A stretch of 64,000 bases of DNA from an uncultured Caldisericota bacterium. Its GTDB lineage: Bacteria > Caldisericota > Caldisericia > UBA6126. The notes under the pieces were generated by a model. That model did no database searches, had not been told where the DNA came from, and saw only the letters and a list, made by a program, of their open reading frames with translations. The stretch's first letter is position 1. Every line of letters begins with the position of its first letter. The stretch is from positions 7,410-71,409 of the forward strand of contig CAZBOU010000002.1 of the NCBI GenBank assembly GCA_964493625.1, read 5' to 3'. Position numbers and translations under genes: made by a program. Positions 11,301 through 16,726 of this stretch are shown piece after piece.

Positions 11301-12211
11301 GGAAATGGATTGGCTGTGAGAGTATAAGAATTGGGTTCTACAGGTACGCCTTGATAGGGGTTCCATGTCCAATTTGTCAATGGATTGACTTCCCAATCTC
11401 CAGATTTAACAATACCGTCTGCTACGGTGTCATTGTCGTTTAGACCACCTTCGCGAATATATTCGGGACGGTTGATCCATCCAATTTGCCACACTCGGTT
11501 GGTTCCCGGTTTCAGTGCCATATCGCGATCCCAGAAAAAAATGCGAGGACGGTAATCGGGGTGAGTTGGATCAATGACATATGGCCCTTGTGTGTTGTTG
11601 GAACGAACAGGATCAATGCGAGCCATTGGGTTGGATGCATTGGAACCTGGTACATATCGTGAGCTTTGAGGATCTGCTTTTGCTTGGTATCGTGGATCAT
11701 TAAAGGATCCATCTGGATCAAACCAAAGCTGACCACCATCATCTAGTACGATGTACCATTTCTCTTTTTCTTGAGAAAGACCGCCTTCGGGATGTATGGT
11801 GAGATAGAATTCTGCCCAATACTTGGGAAATGAATTGGCAGGGCCAAATTCTTCCACTTTTTCAGGGTTTCCAAATAAATCTTCTGCTCTGGGAGTATAA
11901 GGCATGAGATAGGTATTATCCTCATCTTGTGGAGAATAACGACCCCAATAATTTGTTCCTTTACGTTCCCATTGGAAACTTCGAGAATCTACCTCTCCAG
12001 CAATTCTTTCGTATGCAAAGGGAGTATCTACAGTACCTAATCGAACCCCACTTGCATTCGAATGTGCTGGGTACATATCCAGAAAAGCCATTGTTGCAGG
12101 CGTATTCATAGATGCACCAGATACCTTTGTAACACCCATATTAAGAGAGTTTAAGGGTACCATTCCACAAAGGAATAAAGCAATAACCAAAATAGACAAT
12201 AACTTTCTCAT
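2381..12211 (-). CDS. Giant secreted surface protein (3276 aa), paralog 1; Ig-like modules and a C-terminal copper-amine-oxidase-N-like domain
   Basis: ORF track gives 2381..12232. I prefer ATG 12211 because AAAGGAGAG lies 7 nt upstream, and a TTG start at 12232 would place that SD inside the CDS. Signal peptide MRKLLSILVIALFLCGMVP. About 2800 aa are W/Y/N/D/P/G-rich with no family I recognise. The C-terminus has Ig-like modules (e.g. VTVTITGPGIKASAKTDDNGIAYVTV, TIIVEAEDVRNR, TIQIHAQDELGNS) and CuAO-N-like repeats (GRTYLDLKFIAAVFGLEFSWN; GHVCIPIHFVSEVFDATVEWN). Confidence 0.9.
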   Translation of the reverse strand: MRKLLSILVIALFLCGMVPLNSLNMGVTKVSGASMNTPATMAFLDMYPAHSNASGVRLGTVDTPFAYERIAGEVDSRSFQWERKGTNYWGRYSPQDEDNTYLMPYTPRAEDLFGNPEKVEEFGPANSFPKYWAEFYLTIHPEGGLSQEKEKWYIVLDDGGQLWFDPDGSFNDPRYQAKADPQSSRYVPGSNASNPMARIDPVRSNNTQGPYVIDPTHPDYRPRIFFWDRDMALKPGTNRVWQIGWINRPEYIREGGLNDNDTVADGIVKSGDWEVNPLTNWTWNPYQGVPVEPNSYTLTANPFPLTPDDAIYYHDANANGTYDSDEFIYRKVYDPIITPTPPDNAQVEEGDYRLTPTSVLVGNESFSYGVSETFPVKTGAKDIGLELVSFRNFVGHDVRFLDNKIPDGSYNPGEYIYRVQGDHRVVKAGDTRLTNIFVTGNYTAKSLEFTYSEIFADKDILVLMEVLEANGCSGTKYDVSVETNIWLGSNPSTTTAVLRSPNGEFAPMASRIQKNTVLDPTGDQFQVPACTFHDVQIDYRSYIGVEIFRDNGHDNNLGKNLSSDATLLNSLSDEYKQGRVCEEYLGASNGITGIPDAGRQLTSFPEYMLYHDTSFNPLNGFGCGESIYEKAEKQLPPDPRDPDYATYYTVQEGDIRHTPVTVERNGNFIDYYVGTTVMPGDADIDLALFDFWEEVTYTDPETGSLVTEQVYKYKFYDEARLNELETADSAKVWVYDEEFQYGETIYEDANNNFLVDEGDTRLTECEISGLHFECGSKIENSVEYFYTTHINHMVRMGQNGNSRFFDIIVRPGELSLNVDIDRPLKVEQTSTVRLSLNNMSALKDGQKVWVSVREPKPKNKESDELKKLYDVILDENGYIGITEDMRNLMPSTAYNYYGNNRYFYQLLWGAGNDGLEINGSVYDRTYIAEDGMIALYRGYPNSRENYYPYEHRYDYMQAYGYAYGGRPYPYSNSSQYGGSTTPFGYWRTYDGSTYTYMTCYYPWDLMMLKNTWIIPMGGQWHVPVQGRYYPYYYRTIPGYGVYYRKTDESLRVVWRVMTNPFKARNSQYNYDMRSYGDYTTPTQRANVARWTSEFELVLTRGGNIIFNYSDRNQGQAGINVPNTMYLRNGDVIRDGKFFNDFDVESSEMVTDPNVGCSYETVPYIPIIGVSDYYAQVAQVAPWSYGGATPMRSADWLNGKTIIWGPPEPPDEDLYNEKVFTEFGYIDKDNPVFEFQYTPYRGSCNDGFHGMDGFYAGTSLFNQLQIKAYADLGGVAAITPWDTDYSGSFATNYKDPFWIRSLFNKKEWQENYRKVPFMIDPPVPVNTMPGDIENQYGKNFLSLRNVYDCYDEHFVDIAPEDMVIQPLKKCIDLVSSRQPAIQYYVFDADNPNDVNDPANIQMMSHTWFAGDGGDPNYLGEYDYGVDLRGQKEKGTYGRPMIMNYNAHGAGIDYFFTALSGYGQKWQRYIVQVNTDGSYEFWRWFEGDLPGQVFGALDQHDFLYTIRASSIPMGGQWDPVGGGVYGNYHVPDPWRMPAQSLRDMDNSVGQFTCNPTDGDGLPPFGDVTRNDRYGFFGDAGQGSLPAGDPCANIPYYYPSTAYAPSAIVTYGIPVVIMSPEHDFAGGLGLGVANPKNADTALKIRLYSTHNIYDFNSTVPHPPNFVYDEGPGIDYLGYYDMKVLPADPQVNFAEMQVVDHALQQSKVNYTDGDRAISTMPPPTPQIKADYNPVLFDYTHFRSYPGGQTHTGRAVAVDSSIKVKGHGWNAYPALFDMYKKLGTEFFPLSDYGLYFVLRDAQKNHYTFDPMIHPSMLLSRITVKGPFMTPKYYSPADKKLDTSYKYEGVENVPITYDMSGEIVVDSSSSGMWETEGQRVNRVTNPGTSMPVYTSYKDKNKVARYTHLLYYGEADPYTYPPALNQTGGFYEGDAPKDNTSENGQYQYWFTTNAQYYTAWSFYSPSVGYGPTSFQTVPNDYYNTGCFMFAFDELIPVDYGNISIEVETANGVKKIYQDCCQENITDGIDVQALSINIENPESFLVDADNTLDFTLSEYDKKRDPDATIPCNDAVVVAWQDRGVINRNTGKIIGAGDGWVTNPPRSSDFIELGTQYLPADDINRNGKVSYQDYETEIVGSYDLATNTWSSGLIDARTFQRGNGKYHMEFTDRNGSQIDLVGMDFGGVNLRPKNSYSPPDGVVGDDEVLPIIITAYKYGDDNNDRGFTPLYNLASEFPQYSHEVYLTGQTQIDVLSQNVWTVAALPEPLTAGVQPELQDPSEPLTFQVTDEAGNPVDLLQHAEDKLKAEHTDDNLDIDPGAVRLAVWNQLIKDPHPDPLPQYYWTRTDLHNDDGSLIGNTNAYSSDAGRFEPIHFDMSNSKDGRYVFKGFVANDAGDFDVYIYSIDRRKMGKVKVNVELPNVSYKVTNYDDPSKTSFDIPGNPDFVLTAGDNKIYKIRVFVKDAQGRPIKGVGENISVCGGSASEVARFTPFATTPQNFYRAVQPWYWHFYGTGMPTYRTYSVYNGTYSRYVFGATNYDQHFDIHFGVDKNGNGILDPENREIERTKDMRYVVYYSTSYGYTGYNATQGRVYYATENVKYDNGTFGIIPFSDANLALSKTEGWGNGCIYNRPYYTPGNLGMMFANFDQRGDDNRSMQYLNISNTDSLNLNQDGETEFYVFGDDVCEVGGLVGKNMWSISSFGDVVGSSAGFEPSSPNHFTTRYGKQVTYVSYRYQRRAYWSPKDYSYRLDWDAMPSSVVKLRAPQVEVYKSDDEAPIGKSMLDPDAYDLVYGKPNHLAFKFYPADKRDLPLDDQIMMILTGNKAEYRVTSRVNPTGTKPGSPAEALMMITPTGTGLETISLDLDVKNTRMDLQRTEAPYGAIKYLRKTYQLMNLAQFDVAKGLHIEVASLSGAIEVNQETELKLVISEIGTEKSVQGVTVTITGPGIKASAKTDDNGIAYVTVKPNADKAISLVAEKTDYISGSTAIDIGTSTGRSDPVMFNSMKERTNEKRYEINGTVAEDIRVLSINKTKVDIEDDLSFRHIVYLAEGMNTIIVEAEDVRNRITRKVICVELKTSGPSILLDQNMEEEKWVDVSSIALSGKIDTMATQITVNDIKATIEGFNWTATVPVVTGNNTIQIHAQDELGNSTKQQYDVYIYRARKVECYIGDPTAQVDGSPVKMQQSPFVRDGRTYLDLKFIAAVFGLEFSWNAETKGIALMRDDIRIEMAIDSRKAVVNGNVLTLEAPPVMNNGHVCIPIHFVSEVFDATVEWNQRIQLITIEFLV

Positions 12212-12354
12212 AGCGCTCTCTCCTTTACTCAAGGAAGATTTCTACCTTTTAAAACAATGATCGTGCTCACAAATTTACTACAATTTTTCCTTTTTTTTTC
12301 TAAATGTCAAGAAATCCAGGCTCAATATCCTTCTTTTAAAAAACTGCATGGTTT

Positions 12355-15228
12355 CTAAGGAACAGGAATTCTCACAACATTTGAAAAACACATTCGATCC
12401 TTCCAATATAATTCTGCTCGGTTCCACAAAAATCTTTTTTTCTTTTTCTCTATGGTAGGAATCGAAACAAAAAAATGTTTTGGTGGATAGTCTTTATTTG
12501 TTGCTTTTGCAGTCCCTACCAGATATAATCCGTGTCCTACGCGAGAAACCAGTATCATTCCATTCACAAAGCCTGCCGTAGAAATACCTGTGTAGATAGA
12601 TTGTGGAGAAAATTCTTTGGGAAGTTGTATGATGTGTAGGATGGTTCCGCGCATCGCATCTAGTACATAAATTTTCCCTTTTACCGTCGAGTATAGAACA
12701 TAAGATGCATTTTTTGTATCGACCACAATTGGTTTTTCAACTATATAATCTTCCATTAAGCTTAATCGCCATCGAATCATACCGGTGCGAATGTCAACGC
12801 ATACACCTCGGGTATAGTCGGACCAATACGAGAAGTGTATGTTTCCTTTTTGCAAAATAGCTGGGCTTGTCGATCGATAACAATATTTTTTACACCATAG
12901 CTTTCGCACTTTCCAAACAATGTCTCCATTTTTAGGATTTTTACAGATCATATCGTCTTCAAATGATTGTAACCACAAAAGAGTACCGTCCATAGAAATG
13001 GTGGTAGAGTCAGACTGAGAGTACCCAAAAGAAGAAAGAACTTCCCCATTGCATGCATCAAGAATATCTTTTCCACAAAACACAACGGGTCTATCCTCTA
13101 AAAAATTGGTACAAAATGTCCATGCATCTGCTTTCTTTTTATACCGTAAGCTACCGTCCTTTTTATTCAAAGCGATTAGATACCCTGTATCGGATACAAA
13201 AATAAAAAAAGATTCTTCTTCGTAGTTACAAGAAAAAAGGGATGAGCCAGTCGACTTCATATCAGTAGCCTCCCATAGAACAGAAACCTGTTGATTGTGC
13301 GGAGAAAATTCCAGATACACAGCTTCTCTTTCAGAAATAGCAAAAATGTTCCAGTTTCCTTTTTGGTTCCGTTCAAGGATGGGCTGCGTATAACAATACC
13401 CAATAGAAATTGGGATTGTATACCGTGCTTTTTTTTCAGCATCAAAAAATACTATATTTCCTTTCGGGTCGGTTTGCATAAGAAGCCATTGTTCCAGGCG
13501 CGGATCCCAAAAACATCCTGGGATAGGAATAGGCCTTGTTTCGTCATACAAATGAACATCTTGGGGCAAGAAGGTTATATCGCTGTCTAAAGGTAGCGCA
13601 TCAGCTTCTCGATAACAACTTTCTCCGGTTGTAAAAGAAGGGGCTGTATTGCTCACCACAGTTGAAAGATAAGTTTGCATGGTCAAAGCAGAATTTTCCA
13701 TGTGAGGAGTTGGATTGCCAAACCGAAACAATCCTTCTCCTGGTATAACTGCCCACATCATTTGTTCACTTAATGCAAAACACGTTCCGATGGAGTTTTC
13801 TTGTAAAGGACTTCGAATAGAGGACAAGCTGCGGGGATAAGAACTAGCAATTTTAGCATCGGTGGATGAAAGTGAAAAGAATTCTCGTCGTTCGTTTGTA
13901 AATAAAAATTGGTTTACACTGCCTTGGCGGTATCCACAAAAACCATAAATTTCTTTGCCTGGAATAGGGATTGCTTTTTGTGCTTTTTTTTCGCCTAGCT
14001 GGCCCGAAACAAAAACAATTTTATTTTCATCAGAAGCATGCTTTGTAACAACAAAATATTGCCAATCTTGAGGAAGAAACATGACATTTGTTTTCGGTTC
14101 TCCTGGAATTTCTTCTGAAAGCAGTGTTTTTCCATCGGATGGGTGTAGAAAAAGAAGTTTTTTCTTGGACGTAGCCAATCCAATATAGGGGGTGCCATTC
14201 CACGATACACACGTTACATTATAGGGTATTTGCCCATCCACTTGTTTTTGCCATTTCTCTTTCGTGGCAAGATGAACTCCTACAATACTACCGTTGTAAA
14301 AGGGGAATATCACAACAAAGGTATGGTTTGCCATCACCGAGATAGGGCTCAATGCCTTCGCAAAATGAGTTTGATCTTGCCATACTATTGTTTTCGAAAA
14401 TACTTCTTGAATGATTGCTTTCTTGGATGTGCAAAACGCAACATAAGGAGTATCTTGCCAAGTAAATGTATGCAGCGCGGAAACAATTGCAGCATCTGTA
14501 TAAAGAGTCTGCACTATTTTGCCATTTTCTGCTGCTATGAAAAAAATTTTCTTATGCGTAGTAGCTGCAACAATATAAACGTCTCCTTTGTATCGAAAAG
14601 AAGACATCCCTTCTACAATGCGTTCTCCGGGGGCTATTATAAAATCCCATACCTTTTGACCGCTACAAGCATCCAAACAAACAATTCCTTCGTTTAGCGT
14701 AGAGAAAACAACAATTCTTTTCTGGTCAACCTCTTGTATGATGGGATTTTGTTGCGTGACATCACAAGGATATATGTAGCTTGGAGTTGTTTGTAAATGT
14801 GCGGTAATGTCTTCTCGAACGCAGTTTCCAATATTGTAATCAATGGTCATTCCAATCTGCTCCCAAAGATGACTTTTGGAAGGAGGAAAAGACCATTCTA
14901 AACCATCTACACTGTCGTATTCTTCTACACTTGGAAAGCCATCGTAATACGTGTTTCCAATCCAATACTTTGAGGGCAATGTATAAATGCCTTCAAGAAT
15001 GGACCTTGGAGGTATTTTATCTCGCAATGATACCGTGGAAGAAATGGGAGCAATCTTATTTTTAGTAGGGTGTAGATAAAAATGAACCTGGCTCTTCTTT
15101 TCAAGGGTTGCTTCTTTGTGCAAAGAAAAATCACCAGATGCAAAATGGGTTGGAATTGAAAACGAATACATTGAACATATCGCCACAATCAATAAAAGAA
15201 TTTGCCACTTTCTGTTTGTTCTATTCAT
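12355..15228 (-). CDS. Secreted PQQ-like (BamB-type) double beta-propeller repeat protein, 957 aa
   Basis: N-terminal signal/anchor WQILLLIVAICSMYSF. Recurrent PQQ-like blade signatures: CLDACSGQKVWDF, NPKNGDIVWKV, DIRTGMIRWRL, VLDAMRGTILH. Same strand as, and 143 nt upstream of, the giant gene. Confidence 0.7.
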   Translation of the reverse strand: MNRTNRKWQILLLIVAICSMYSFSIPTHFASGDFSLHKEATLEKKSQVHFYLHPTKNKIAPISSTVSLRDKIPPRSILEGIYTLPSKYWIGNTYYDGFPSVEEYDSVDGLEWSFPPSKSHLWEQIGMTIDYNIGNCVREDITAHLQTTPSYIYPCDVTQQNPIIQEVDQKRIVVFSTLNEGIVCLDACSGQKVWDFIIAPGERIVEGMSSFRYKGDVYIVAATTHKKIFFIAAENGKIVQTLYTDAAIVSALHTFTWQDTPYVAFCTSKKAIIQEVFSKTIVWQDQTHFAKALSPISVMANHTFVVIFPFYNGSIVGVHLATKEKWQKQVDGQIPYNVTCVSWNGTPYIGLATSKKKLLFLHPSDGKTLLSEEIPGEPKTNVMFLPQDWQYFVVTKHASDENKIVFVSGQLGEKKAQKAIPIPGKEIYGFCGYRQGSVNQFLFTNERREFFSLSSTDAKIASSYPRSLSSIRSPLQENSIGTCFALSEQMMWAVIPGEGLFRFGNPTPHMENSALTMQTYLSTVVSNTAPSFTTGESCYREADALPLDSDITFLPQDVHLYDETRPIPIPGCFWDPRLEQWLLMQTDPKGNIVFFDAEKKARYTIPISIGYCYTQPILERNQKGNWNIFAISEREAVYLEFSPHNQQVSVLWEATDMKSTGSSLFSCNYEEESFFIFVSDTGYLIALNKKDGSLRYKKKADAWTFCTNFLEDRPVVFCGKDILDACNGEVLSSFGYSQSDSTTISMDGTLLWLQSFEDDMICKNPKNGDIVWKVRKLWCKKYCYRSTSPAILQKGNIHFSYWSDYTRGVCVDIRTGMIRWRLSLMEDYIVEKPIVVDTKNASYVLYSTVKGKIYVLDAMRGTILHIIQLPKEFSPQSIYTGISTAGFVNGMILVSRVGHGLYLVGTAKATNKDYPPKHFFVSIPTIEKKKKRFLWNRAELYWKDRMCFSNVVRIPVP

Positions 15229-15321
15229 TCCTTATTTTTACCATTTTCACTACTTTTTGTAAAAACATGTAAGAAAAACGTAAAAAAAACCAAAAAAACA
15301 TGAAAAAATGTACTTTTTTAC

Positions 15322-15350
15322 TTGCATTCTTATAAGAATCTTGTAATAAT
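15322..15350 (+). promoter_or_regulatory. Candidate sigma70-type promoter of hup
   Basis: TTGCAT (15322-15327), 16-17 bp spacer, TAATAAT (15344-15350), about 31 nt before the ATG. The spacer contains the perfect 12-bp palindrome TTCTTATAAGAA. AAGGAGGG SD at 15367-15374. Confidence 0.45.
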
Positions 15351-15381
15351 GGGTAAAAACCAACATAAGGAGGGTTAAATT

Positions 15382-15660
15382 ATGACCAAGACTGAATTGA
15401 TTAAACAAGTTGCTAAAAAATCTGACATGAGCCAGAAAGACACTGACGTTGTACTCAAAAACTTCTTTGAAGTAGTAAAAGACACAGTGAAGAGTGGCGA
15501 AAAAGTTGCTGTTATTGGATTTGGTAATTTTGAAGCACGCAAAAGAGCTTCCCGTACTGGTGTAAATCCAAAAACTCGCAAAAAAATGACCATTCCGGCA
15601 AAAGTTGTCCCCGTATTCAGACCTGGCAAAGCTTTCAAAGAAGCCGTAGCCAAAAAGTAA
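15382..15660 (+). CDS. hup: HU family DNA-binding protein
   Basis: 92 aa. MTKTELIKQVA..., RTGVNPKTRKKMTIPAKVVPVFRPGKAFKEAV is a typical HU/IHF arm. Strong SD. Confidence 0.95.
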   Translation: MTKTELIKQVAKKSDMSQKDTDVVLKNFFEVVKDTVKSGEKVAVIGFGNFEARKRASRTGVNPKTRKKMTIPAKVVPVFRPGKAFKEAVAKK

Positions 15661-15680
15661 TCTAGCAAAAGCAACAAAAA

Positions 15681-15714
15681 AAGCTCCGGTCTTTCAAAGC
15701 CGGAGCTTTTTTTT
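15681..15714 (+). terminator. Rho-independent terminator after hup
   Basis: 9-bp stem AAGCTCCGG / CCGGAGCTT (15681-15689 and 15700-15708) followed by a T-run to 15714. Confidence 0.85.
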
Positions 15715-15724
15715 ATGGCTTCTT

Positions 15725-16726
15725 ATGAACACATTCACTCCAAAACATTTATTCTTTGCATCAGTAGCATTGCTCTTTTTTGTTTTTAGCTTTTCTTCTT
15801 GCCAAATTCCATCTCTCCAAACCTCTGATTCATCGATTAGTGTAGGATACTGCATCGACGTTTTGGGGTACGAAAACGCTTCTTACAATCGTCCTATTCT
15901 CAACAGTCTAGAAAGTTTGGAGAATGAGAAAAAAATAAAGCTTACTGCTTACCAGGGGACTACAAAAGACAATTACAAAGATGCCATTGCACTATTGGCA
16001 AAAAAACATTCCATTGTATTTTGCACACCCCTTATGCAGGAGGAGTGTTTACAGAGTTCTTTGCTCTATCCATCTACCCATTTTGTTGTTGTAGATGCTG
16101 TTCCGTTTCAACCAGAGAATATGGTTTTTCCAGAAACAAAAAATGTAACGTACTTATTTTTTAGCCATGAAGATGTCGCTGAAATTGCTGGCTTTATTGC
16201 CGCTCATATAGACCAAAAAAAACCTTCTGCAGTCTATTTCCCTGGCTCTCGTATATCTCCTTTAAAAAACCGGGTATACAATCGATATGTACAAGGTTTT
16301 CGTCATGCCTTTCCTTCCTCCCAAAACCCTCTCATATGCTTCACACAAGAGGACTATGTTTCGGGAAACATGAAAACATTGATGGAACGTTATGAGGTTG
16401 GTAGTATCTTTTATTTTCCCGATCAGTATTATGCATCTCTAGTTGATGAAGCGTCGGTTTTGTCTGACGAAATATCTCATTCTTGTTGGAGCTTGTTTCT
16501 TTTAGGCGAAGAGCAGGCATCTCATCCATTTTTGGGGGGGATTGTTCGCAAGAATTATGCCAATGCCATCGCATTGGTTGTTGACCAATATGAGAAGCAT
16601 GGGCAGTTAGATTCAGTTATCGAGTGTACGAGAAGTGAAAATGCGTTTCTTTTTAGTCCTGGATTATATTCTTTCTCAGATTCCTCATTGGAAGCAATCA
16701 ATCAATTTTTAAATCAAACAGAATGA
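15725..16726 (+). CDS. Putative BMP/PnrA-like substrate-binding lipoprotein
   Basis: Signal peptide ending in a lipobox-like FSFSSC. The overall pattern (VGYCIDV..., FVVVDAVP..., VAEIAGFIAAHID) resembles BMP-family ABC substrate-binding proteins. Judged by eye only. Confidence 0.45.
   Translation: MNTFTPKHLFFASVALLFFVFSFSSCQIPSLQTSDSSISVGYCIDVLGYENASYNRPILNSLESLENEKKIKLTAYQGTTKDNYKDAIALLAKKHSIVFCTPLMQEECLQSSLLYPSTHFVVVDAVPFQPENMVFPETKNVTYLFFSHEDVAEIAGFIAAHIDQKKPSAVYFPGSRISPLKNRVYNRYVQGFRHAFPSSQNPLICFTQEDYVSGNMKTLMERYEVGSIFYFPDQYYASLVDEASVLSDEISHSCWSLFLLGEEQASHPFLGGIVRKNYANAIALVVDQYEKHGQLDSVIECTRSENAFLFSPGLYSFSDSSLEAINQFLNQTE

Noticed and set aside
12212-12232. TTG start at 12232 for the giant gene (ORF track).
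   Set aside because: It would place the AAAGGAGAG SD inside the coding sequence. ATG 12211 sits 7 nt after that SD and begins a typical signal peptide.
12355-15228. Whether the PQQ-like propeller proteins could be the missing Tad secretin or an outer-membrane component.
   Set aside because: They have no secretin or beta-barrel signatures. The repeats are soluble propeller blades, and the gene is 21 kb from the tad operon.
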